Assembly (NCBI GenBank): GCA_963842085.1
Contig: CAWJET010000001.1
Coordinates: 1,472,001 to 1,536,000, forward strand
Direction: 5' to 3'
Length of the DNA stretch: 64,000 nucleotides
Origin: an uncultured delta proteobacterium
Lineage (GTDB): Bacteria > Desulfobacterota > Binatia > Binatales > Binataceae
Part shown: piece after piece, positions 56,570 through 64,000 of the stretch
Layout: each line of letters begins with the position of its first letter
Position numbering within the stretch: the stretch's first letter is position 1
Made by a program: the position numbers and the translations under genes
The notes under the pieces: model-generated
What the model was told of the DNA's origin: nothing
Database searches by the model: none
Seen by the model: only the letters and a program-made list of their open reading frames with translations

Positions 56570-58119
56570 CTGCTCGTCGCGCTCGCGTCTCGCTGTGGCG
56601 CTTCTCGCCGGCGCTCGTCCTGTTCGCGATCGTGATCGCGGACTTCCGCCAGCTCAGCGATCCCGATCTATGGCTACACATTCTGTCCGGGCGAGCGCTG
56701 CTTGCTCACGGCTCGCTGCCTCTCGTCAATCCCTACTCGTACTCAGCGCCCGGCTTCCGCTGGCTCCATCATGAATGGTTGAGCGAAGTGCTGATGAGCG
56801 CAATCCTCGACCGGTTCGGGCCGTTCGGCCTGAAGCTGCTCAAGTTCATCTGCACGGCCGGCACTATTTCCTTTATCGTTCTTTCCGAGTCCGAAACCGC
56901 CGCGCCAGCAGCCGTGCAGGCGGTAATCCTGCTGATCGCGGCAATTATCCTGGTGCCGGCGATGCAGTTCCGGCCACAGATATTCGATTTCCTGTCGCTG
57001 TCGGCGATTGTCGCGATGCTTTGCCGCCACAACTGGCGCGGTTCGGCGCCGCTCTGGATTGCGATTCCGATCGTGGCGATTTGGTGCAATCTCCACGGTG
57101 GATTCTTCATCGGGCTTATTGCGATGGGCGTTTATGGAGCAACGGTCCTCCTGTCCGACGTCCTGGCGGGCCACGGTCCGCGTCGCGGCCTCGGCATTAT
57201 TGCGATCACGGCCGCCGCTGCCGCATCTACGCTCTGCACGTTTCTGATCCCGCCCGCGCGCGAGACCTGGTACACGCTGGTGGCCTCGATTCTTAACCCG
57301 ACGACGCACCGCAACATCGTCGATTGGAAGCCGCTGCTCACCTCGCTTGCGACCGCGCCGCAGGGAGGTCTCGAGCGGAAATATTGGGTGATGGTGCTTT
57401 CCTTTTTTGGCGCCGCAGTAGTGTCGGTGATTCTCAGGCCGAAAGGTGGCGACGCGCCGCTGGTCGCCGTCGCCGCCGTACTGCTCGCGGCAGCCTTCGC
57501 GGCCCAACGCAACGTCGCGATCGCGACGATTTCAATCACTCCCGTGTTCGCGAACCACCTGGGTCTGCTGCTACGTCCGCGGGAGGCTGCCGACGCCGCG
57601 AGCGCTCAAGCCGTACCGCACGCAGGCCGCTGGGTCATGGAACTTCTGATTGCGATCGTCGCCCTCGGGTTCGCACGCCACAGCGGTATTTTGAAGCCTG
57701 GGATAGACGCGTCCGGCAATCCTGCCGACGCCGTCAACTTCATGAACAGCCACGGCCTCGCAGGAAACGTTATAGCTGACTACGCGTGGGGTGGGTTCGT
57801 CATTTGGCATGGTGGGCCGGGCACGAAAGTCTTCATCGACAGCCGCTACGATCTCGGCTACCCGCCCTCGGTGATCTCGGACTTCCTGGAACTGGACCGC
57901 GGCGAGGCAGGCGCCGCGCATACTCTCGCCGCCTATCCGACTGATTTCGTTTTGACCCGGCCAAATCGGCCGGAGGCAAAGGTGATGGATTCCCAACCGG
58001 ACTGGCGGCTCATCTATAGCGACGACACCGCCCGGCTCTACGCGCGCGCGAACTCACCCGCCGCCCGGCTTGAAGGCGTCCCGTTCAAGGGCACCGCCAG
58101 GCCGGCGTTCTTCCCCTAG
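56566..58119 (+). CDS. Multi-TM membrane protein (GT-C-like)
   Basis: DPDLWLH, HEWL, RPQ, W.NLHGGF and FIDSR motifs. Confidence 0.75.
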   Translation: MTARRARVSLWRFSPALVLFAIVIADFRQLSDPDLWLHILSGRALLAHGSLPLVNPYSYSAPGFRWLHHEWLSEVLMSAILDRFGPFGLKLLKFICTAGTISFIVLSESETAAPAAVQAVILLIAAIILVPAMQFRPQIFDFLSLSAIVAMLCRHNWRGSAPLWIAIPIVAIWCNLHGGFFIGLIAMGVYGATVLLSDVLAGHGPRRGLGIIAITAAAAASTLCTFLIPPARETWYTLVASILNPTTHRNIVDWKPLLTSLATAPQGGLERKYWVMVLSFFGAAVVSVILRPKGGDAPLVAVAAVLLAAAFAAQRNVAIATISITPVFANHLGLLLRPREAADAASAQAVPHAGRWVMELLIAIVALGFARHSGILKPGIDASGNPADAVNFMNSHGLAGNVIADYAWGGFVIWHGGPGTKVFIDSRYDLGYPPSVISDFLELDRGEAGAAHTLAAYPTDFVLTRPNRPEAKVMDSQPDWRLIYSDDTARLYARANSPAARLEGVPFKGTARPAFFP

Positions 58120-58303
58120 CAGCTTTGGAGTGAGCCTATCTCGTCGAACTTGGTAGGTCCCTTTGACATCCTTAGTGCCTCTTGAAACATTTACGCGATA
58201 CAGCTAGTTTAGTTGACCATCACGGGAACGCCAAATTAGGGGATTGATATAGTTGACACACAAGGCCCAGCTCCGATATGGTGGTCATCGATGACGCGGA
58301 TTC

Positions 58304-58435
58304 CTAGGCTTTCTGGCGAGGTTTGCGCTTCGCTCGTTCGTCAGCAAGAAGTTGTTTCACTTCGTCTTTGGGGACGGAGACGATGCGCCGGAGTGCCGTG
58401 CGCATCTTGGACAGTGGCAGTGATTTTTTCTTCAT
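58304..58435 (-). CDS. 43-aa basic IS passenger ORF (copy 2)
   Basis: Mirror image of 15645-15776. Confidence 0.55.
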   Translation of the reverse strand: MKKKSLPLSKMRTALRRIVSVPKDEVKQLLADERAKRKPRQKA

Positions 58436-59294
58436 AGGGAGATTCCTTCAATGACAGACGATAATCAGAATGCTGGCAATACGGGTGGCGCAGCGCAGGG
58501 AAATCAACAAGGACAAAATCCCGCGCCGGTAACACCTCCCGTCCCAGTGCCTCCTGCGACCACCACCAACCCTCGACAGACACTGAATACTGTGCAAGAG
58601 GAGGTGAGTCCGCGCGATACGCTGAACACGTCACAGCACAACAATCAGTCAGAGGCGCGGCGCTCGTTGAATATAATTCAGAAGGGCGGGAAGTGATCGA
58701 CCGAACAAGCGTCATTGCGACGGCAGCCGCCAAAGTAATTGCCAAGAGCACGCCCGCGAGCGCGACTAGGATCTGAGCCATGATCATTTGATCAGCCTTG
58801 TGATTTGCGATCCGATGATTGTCCTGTAGAACTTGGTGCATGGCGCTTATGTAGAATCGCTTGAGTGAATCGGAGCCTTGTAATACTCGATCGCGCGGGA
58901 ACCATGTTCCCTCACTTAGTTGGCTCCAATTCTGTGCACCGTGAAGTGCCATTAGAGAAAAGAGACACGCACTTCCTGCGGCCAAAGCCACGATCACGAT
59001 TGCGATCAGCTCAAGCCACGAATGCGTCCAAGTAGCACCGCGCATTAACAGAAGCGCCAGTATCGCACTACTATATCCAACAAGTGTCGTGGCCTTAGAA
59101 TCTATGAGCCCGACACGCTCCTCGTTCGCCGTAAGCAACATCTGTCCGAAATCGAACAGTTCCGTTGTTACGTCTTCCGCCGAATATTTCGCGAGAAGTT
59201 CATCGACTTCGGCTCCGGGCAATTCTATTGTCTTTGTCTTGCCCAAAACGGAATTTCGTAACCAGCGGCGCAATTCAGAAAAGTAGTTCTTCAT
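58341..59294 (-). CDS. Pycsar-effector-like membrane passenger (copy 2)
   Basis: Identical translation to 14786-15739. Confidence 0.6.
   Translation of the reverse strand: MKNYFSELRRWLRNSVLGKTKTIELPGAEVDELLAKYSAEDVTTELFDFGQMLLTANEERVGLIDSKATTLVGYSSAILALLLMRGATWTHSWLELIAIVIVALAAGSACLFSLMALHGAQNWSQLSEGTWFPRDRVLQGSDSLKRFYISAMHQVLQDNHRIANHKADQMIMAQILVALAGVLLAITLAAAVAMTLVRSITSRPSELYSTSAAPLTDCCAVTCSAYRADSPPLAQYSVSVEGWWWSQEALGREVLPARDFVLVDFPALRHPYCQHSDYRLSLKESPYEEKITATVQDAHGTPAHRLRPQRRSETTSC
58451..58696 (+). CDS. 81-aa repeat peptide (copy 2)
   Basis: Identical translation to 15384-15629. Confidence 0.6.
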   Translation: MTDDNQNAGNTGGAAQGNQQGQNPAPVTPPVPVPPATTTNPRQTLNTVQEEVSPRDTLNTSQHNNQSEARRSLNIIQKGGK

Positions 59295-60211
59295 TGGGTC
59301 AATTCCTTGTAAGTAAGTCTTCTGCCATCGGCTTGAGCGAGCGCCAACGCAAAGCGATCCCCATCCCCGATTTTCCGTTGGTTGAATCGAAACGTCGCGT
59401 CGTCAAGGTAGCGATCAAGCTGCCACGGCATCACGAAATGATGCGTCCCATAAACCGTGCGCTTGAAGTTTGCCCAGAAACTCTCGATCCCGTTCGTATG
59501 GACCGCGCCACGCACATACTCCTCAGAATGGTTAATGACTTCGTGCGCGTAGTCTGCGTCTAGTCCGCGAAAGGCCGCTGCCTCATCGGTATAGAGGATC
59601 GCGCCTGATTCGACGTTACGACGAATCACACGTTGGAGCGTTTCCGCCCGTTCGTTAGGTACGGATTTAGCACGGATCTGCCCGTGCCTTGCGAGCAATC
59701 CGAAGACCACGGCTTTGCCAACGTTGCCCGTTCCACGATGCAAGCGTTTGCTGCGATGTTTGTTCTTCTCCAGTCCGCCGATGCCTGTAGTATCGCCTTC
59801 AACCGGCCCAGACATAGGCGTCTCGAAGCTGCCCGCCCTCAACGCGAGCCGGATTCGATGGAGCATGAACCATGCGGTCTTTTGTGTGACGCCTAGGGCC
59901 TTTGCCAGCCGGTGGGAGCTATAGCCCTTTGTCGAGCAAGTGAGCAGCCAGACGGCGGGGAGCCACTTATCGAGCGTAATCGGCGAATCTTCGAAGATGC
60001 TACCGACCTTCACCGAAAACTGTTTGCTGCATGATTTGGATTTGCAGCGCCAGATCGCCCGCGTTTGGATGAACCATACGTCTCTCGATCCGCAACCCCT
60101 TCGCGGGCATCTTACGCCGGTCGGCCAACGGCATTCGGCCAAATAGTTACGACAGATTTCTGGGTCTGCAAAGTATCGAATCGCTTCAATCAGTGTCCGT
60201 GGCGTCTTCAT
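59291..60211 (-). CDS. IS1595 family transposase (copy 2)
   Basis: Identical translation to 13869-14789. Confidence 0.95.
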   Translation of the reverse strand: MKTPRTLIEAIRYFADPEICRNYLAECRWPTGVRCPRRGCGSRDVWFIQTRAIWRCKSKSCSKQFSVKVGSIFEDSPITLDKWLPAVWLLTCSTKGYSSHRLAKALGVTQKTAWFMLHRIRLALRAGSFETPMSGPVEGDTTGIGGLEKNKHRSKRLHRGTGNVGKAVVFGLLARHGQIRAKSVPNERAETLQRVIRRNVESGAILYTDEAAAFRGLDADYAHEVINHSEEYVRGAVHTNGIESFWANFKRTVYGTHHFVMPWQLDRYLDDATFRFNQRKIGDGDRFALALAQADGRRLTYKELTQ

Positions 60212-60281
60212 AAGCTAGATACTACACGCACAACGCTTGTGTGTCAAGTATATCAATCCCCAAATTAGGGGGGTGTTTCGG

Positions 60282-60704
60282 ATGACGGTCGAAGACGCAC
60301 TGCGAAAGATCGCACTGTTGCGCAGGATCAGCACCGATAAAGGAGCCTTGGCGGCAGAGAGAGCGACTGCGCACCGCTTACAGAAGGTACTCATCGAGCG
60401 CTACGCGATCAGGGCACAGGATATCCCCGACGCCCCACCGACGACGGTCTTTCGCTTAAGCTGGAGTTACTGGCAGGAACTGTTTGAAGAGTTCGACCTG
60501 CGCTTGAACCATTTTGGGAGTCGCGGCAGCGCCAACGTCGGGAACAACAGTATCGCCTACATCATGCTTGCTACCAACCAGTGGTGGATCGAAGAAAGGT
60601 CCCCGGGCGGCTGGCAAACCACGACTCGCGGCGGGGGTGTCGAATCGCTGCGCAAGTACCTTAAAGACCACGCGCCAAGAAGCTACTCCTTTCTCAAGCG
60701 CTGA
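60282..60704 (+). CDS. Hypothetical protein with a DUF2786-like N-terminus
   Basis: LRKI.LL......AAE...A......LIERY pattern; G-rich SD. Confidence 0.6.
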   Translation: MTVEDALRKIALLRRISTDKGALAAERATAHRLQKVLIERYAIRAQDIPDAPPTTVFRLSWSYWQELFEEFDLRLNHFGSRGSANVGNNSIAYIMLATNQWWIEERSPGGWQTTTRGGGVESLRKYLKDHAPRSYSFLKR

Positions 60705-60944
60705 CCGCCGCGACCGTCCTCAACTCCTCGCGCGCGCCAGGTAGCACCAGTCGCTCAACTTTCGATAACCCGCGACTTTGCGGGTTCCAGTTTTATTTTC
60801 AACCTTGGCGCTCGCTGCGCGAATTCATGCACTGGAAATGCGCCATCAGTGTGGTAGTAAGGTAATCGTCAGGGCGCGCGCGCGGCGGATGAGCTTCCTT
60901 GCGCGGGCAGCCAAAATTATCGCCACACTCAAGGAGTACCCAGA

Positions 60945-62030
60945 ATGAAAGCCGCCGTTTTCCACGGGCCCAAGTTGCCCCTCAGTATCGAGGACGTCGA
61001 ACTCGACAAGCCGCAGGACCGCGAAGTCCTGATCAAAACCGTCGCCAGCGGCGTATGCCACAGCGACCTGCATTTCGTCGACGGATTCTACCCGTACCCT
61101 GCGCCCGCGGTGCTCGGCCACGAAGCCGCCGGCATCATCGAGGAAGTCGGCAAGCAGGTAACCTACGTGAAGCCGGGCGACCACGTGATCTGTTGCCTGT
61201 CGGTCTTTTGCGGCAACTGCGAGCAGTGCATGTCAGGGCATCCCAATCGATGCTCGAACAAGGCCGCCACCCAGCGCAACCCGCAGGACAAGCCGCGCAT
61301 CTCGCAGAAGGGCAAGCCCGTCTTCCAGTTCCTCGACATCTCGTCTTACTGCGAGAAGATGCTGCTGCATGAAAACGCGGTGGTGAAGATTCGCGAGGAC
61401 CTGCCGCTCGATCGCGCCGCGCTCATAGGATGCGGCGTCACCACCGGCGTCGGCGCGGTGCTCAATACCGCCAGGATCGAGCCCGGCTCGACGGTCGCGG
61501 TCTTCGGTGCGGGCGGCGTCGGACTCGCCGCAATCCAGGGCGCACGGATCGCGGGCGCGCGCAAAATAATCGCAGTCGATATGTTCGAGGGCAAGCTCGC
61601 GATGGCCAAGCGGCTCGGCGCGACCGACACCGTTGACGCGTCGAACAGCGACCCCGTCGATGAAATCCGCAAACTCACCGGCGGCGGCGTCGATTATTCA
61701 TTCGAAGCGATCGGCCTCAAGAAGGTCGCCGAGCAGGCGTTCAACTCGCTCAAGTCCGGCGGCACCGCGACCGTGATCGGCATGATCCCCATCGGCCAGA
61801 AGGTCGAAATCGACGGCTACATGTTCCTGACCGAGCGCAAACTGCAAGGTTCCAACATGGGCTCCAACCGCTTCCGCATCGACATGCCCCGTTACATCGA
61901 CTTCTACATGCAGGGCCGCCTCAACCTCGACGACATGATCAGCCAGCGCCGAAAACTCGAGGACGTCAACGACGCGTTCCGCGCTATGAAAGCCGGCGAA
62001 GTCGCACGCACTGTGTTGATGTTCAACTAG
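60945..62030 (+). CDS. Zn-dependent alcohol dehydrogenase
   Basis: CHSD, GHE, CxxCxxC..C and GAGGVG motifs. Confidence 0.95.
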   Translation: MKAAVFHGPKLPLSIEDVELDKPQDREVLIKTVASGVCHSDLHFVDGFYPYPAPAVLGHEAAGIIEEVGKQVTYVKPGDHVICCLSVFCGNCEQCMSGHPNRCSNKAATQRNPQDKPRISQKGKPVFQFLDISSYCEKMLLHENAVVKIREDLPLDRAALIGCGVTTGVGAVLNTARIEPGSTVAVFGAGGVGLAAIQGARIAGARKIIAVDMFEGKLAMAKRLGATDTVDASNSDPVDEIRKLTGGGVDYSFEAIGLKKVAEQAFNSLKSGGTATVIGMIPIGQKVEIDGYMFLTERKLQGSNMGSNRFRIDMPRYIDFYMQGRLNLDDMISQRRKLEDVNDAFRAMKAGEVARTVLMFN

Positions 62031-62065
62031 CGCGGATTCACTAAAAAGAGAGAGGAGCAATCCAG

Positions 62066-63151
62066 ATGAAAGCTGCTGTCTTTCACGGCCCCGGTCAGCC
62101 ACTCACCATCGAGCAGGTCGATATCGACGAACCCAGGGAGCGCGAAGTCGTCGTGCGCACGGTCGCCAGCGGCGTATGCCACAGCGATCTTCATTTCGTC
62201 GACGGCCTCTACATGTGGCCGACCCCCGCGATCCTCGGCCACGAGGCCGCCGGCGTCGTCGAGAAAGTCGGCTCGCAGGTCTCCTACCTCGAGCCCGGCA
62301 ATCACGTTATCGCGTGCCTCTCGGTCTTTTGCGGCTACTGCGAGGAGTGCATGTCCGGCCATCCCAACCTCTGCTCGAACAAGGCCGCCACGCAGCGCGG
62401 CGCCGGCGACAAGCCGCGCCTGTCGCAGAAGGGCAAGATGGTCAATCAGTTCGCCGACTTGTCGGGCTACGCCGAAAAAATGCTGCTGCATGAAAATGCG
62501 CTGGTGAAAATTTCCAACGACGTGCCGCTCGATCGCGCCGCGCTCATCGGATGCGGCGTCATGACCGGCGTCGGCGCCGCGCTTAACACCGCGAAGGTTG
62601 CGCCCGGCTCGACCGTCGCCGTGTTCGGCGCCGGCGGCGTCGGCCTCGCGATAATCCAGGGCGCGCGAATCGCGGGCGCGCGCATGATCGTCGCGGTCGA
62701 CAAGTTTCCATCCAAGCTCGAGCTCGCCAAAAAACTCGGCGCCACTCACGCCGTCGACGCGTCCAAGGGCGACGCGGTCGATCAGATTCGCTCCCTCACC
62801 GGCGGCGGCGTTGATTACTCGTTCGAAGCCATCGGGCTCAAGGTCGCAGCCGAGCAGGCTTACGAGTCAATCGTCGCCGGCGGCGTCGCCACGATCGTCG
62901 GGATGGTTCCGCTCGGGCAAAAGGTCGAAGTGGACGGCTTCTCGCTCCTGTTCGAGAAGCGCATCCAGGGATGCTTCATGGGCTCGAACCGCTTCCGCAT
63001 CGACATGCCGCGCATCATCGAGCTCTATCAGCAGGGACGGCTCGACCTTGACGACATGATCACGCGCCGCGGCAAACTCGAGGACGTCAACGAGGCCTTC
63101 CGCGCGATGAAGGCCGGCGAAGTCGCGCGCACAGTCCTGATGTTCGACTAG
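62066..63151 (+). CDS. Zn-dependent alcohol dehydrogenase (tandem paralog)
   Basis: Same motifs and same 361-aa length as the upstream gene. Confidence 0.95.
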   Translation: MKAAVFHGPGQPLTIEQVDIDEPREREVVVRTVASGVCHSDLHFVDGLYMWPTPAILGHEAAGVVEKVGSQVSYLEPGNHVIACLSVFCGYCEECMSGHPNLCSNKAATQRGAGDKPRLSQKGKMVNQFADLSGYAEKMLLHENALVKISNDVPLDRAALIGCGVMTGVGAALNTAKVAPGSTVAVFGAGGVGLAIIQGARIAGARMIVAVDKFPSKLELAKKLGATHAVDASKGDAVDQIRSLTGGGVDYSFEAIGLKVAAEQAYESIVAGGVATIVGMVPLGQKVEVDGFSLLFEKRIQGCFMGSNRFRIDMPRIIELYQQGRLDLDDMITRRGKLEDVNEAFRAMKAGEVARTVLMFD

Positions 63152-63174
63152 AACACGTCCGGGTCACGCACAGA

Positions 63175-63210
63175 GGGCCGGTCGGATTTTCCCGATCGGC
63201 CCACTTAAAT
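63175..63210 (+). terminator. Hairpin after the ADH pair
   Basis: GGGCCGGTCGG-loop-CCGATCGGCCC; weak U-tract. Confidence 0.5.
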
Positions 63211-63423
63211 CCGGTGCCCCCTTCGACCGGGAGAAGGCGGGTTGGGGCTTAGGTCGTCGCTCGCATCATCCGCGATGCCCGCGCCGTCACTTCTTGTCAT
63301 CCTGACAAAGTAAGCAACCGGTGGCCGCTTCGACCAGGAGAAGGCGGGTTGGGGTTAGGTCGTCGCTCGCATCATCCGCGACGCCCGCGCTGTCATTTCT
63401 TGTCATCCTGACAAAGCGAGCAA
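63211..63423. repeat. Two imperfect ~107-bp tandem units with REP-like motifs
   Basis: Units start at 63211 and 63318 and share GGAGAAGGCGGGTTGGGG and TTCTTGTCATCCTGACAAAG. Confidence 0.8.
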
Positions 63424-63712
63424 CGCGAGCGGCAGGAAGGATCTCGGACAGCTTCGCGAAGCGAAGCCGGTTCCGGTCTCTGAAATCGCGCAGCGCTCCT
63501 CGATTCAGGGGGATGAACTTTTCAGCCTGACCGCCCCACACCCGACATGCTATTCGAGTATGGAGAACAACTCATCGAGCGCATCGAAAGCCTTCCGAAA
63601 AAACCAAAATTTGACGGAACGAACCCACCGATGGTAGTACGCCGACCAGGAAACCACAACTAATGGTAGAATTCCCGCTTACGAGCCGCATCGCCCAGTC
63701 CAAAAGCGGACG

Positions 63713-64000
63713 CTACTCCTTCAGCAAATCCGCGATCCCTTCCTCGATCGACACGCGCGGACGCCATCCGAGCACCCGCTCCGCCTGCGTGCGATCCGCC
63801 AGCGTATCGCGCATGTCGCCGACGCGCGCCGGCTTTCTGATCGTCGAGCCACCGATCATCGCGGCGACCCGATTTACGCTGACGTTCTCGCCGCGCCCGA
63901 TGTTGAGCGCACGCCCGTCGGCAATCTCGCAATCCATCGCGAGCATATTCGCCGCCACCACGTCGCTGACGTGCGTGAAGTCCCGCGTCTGCTCGCCATC
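63713..64000 (-). CDS. NAD-dependent epimerase/dehydratase, C-terminal part (start outside the window)
   Basis: DGEQTRDFTHVSD, NIG.G and LGWRP motifs. Confidence 0.88.
   Translation of the reverse strand, partial: DGEQTRDFTHVSDVVAANMLAMDCEIADGRALNIGRGENVSVNRVAAMIGGSTIRKPARVGDMRDTLADRTQAERVLGWRPRVSIEEGIADLLKE

Larger units (their letters stand above)
58240..60260 (-). mobile_element. IS1595-family transporter IS, copy 2 (2021 bp, inverted)
   Basis: Same TIRs and identical ORF translations as copy 1; TSD CAAATTAG at 58232-58239 and 60261-60268. Confidence 0.95.

Noticed and set aside
15841-58239. Composite transposon moved as a unit by the two IS1595 copies
   Set aside because: Each copy has its own TSD pair and the interval carries core genes, which points to independent insertions
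63211-63423. CRISPR array
   Set aside because: Only two long imperfect units, no unique spacers and no cas genes

Overview
GC-rich bacterial chromosomal window. The gene content resembles Candidatus Binatota or Deltaproteobacteria-like soil bacteria (inference). (1) 0.5-10.8 kb: a co-directional aromatic/acyl-CoA catabolic cluster (two acyl-CoA dehydrogenases, TetR, two class III CoA-transferases, LigB-like dioxygenase, SDR, Rieske oxygenase alpha/beta, amidohydrolase). (2) 11-13.5 kb: an NreA/RcnR-CDF-methyltransferase metal module. (3) 13.6-25.6 kb: a ~12 kb decayed island bounded by tRNA-Ala(GGC) and a duplicate of its 3' half, with no recognisable integrase. It holds a 2021-bp cargo-carrying IS1595, a truncated AAA/TPR gene, an orphan DNA methyltransferase with an RHH regulator, a nested IS pile and a decayed IS1595 carrying a pyrE-like PRTase. 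In the pile, an IS1111-type element has a readable bridge/seek RNA whose four guide segments match its own ends and the IS3 terminal repeat it sits in. (4) 25.7-58 kb: mostly housekeeping genes (recN, nadK, nfo, trpS, proS, ABC peptide permeases, vapBC, alkA, pyrF, dprA, topA, ECF42/YciI, trmFO, HU, GT-C glycosyltransferases). (5) 58.2-60.3 kb: a second, inverted copy of the cargo IS1595. It is followed by tandem Zn-ADH paralogs, a REP-like tandem repeat and a partial epimerase. All product calls come from motif recognition, not database searches.
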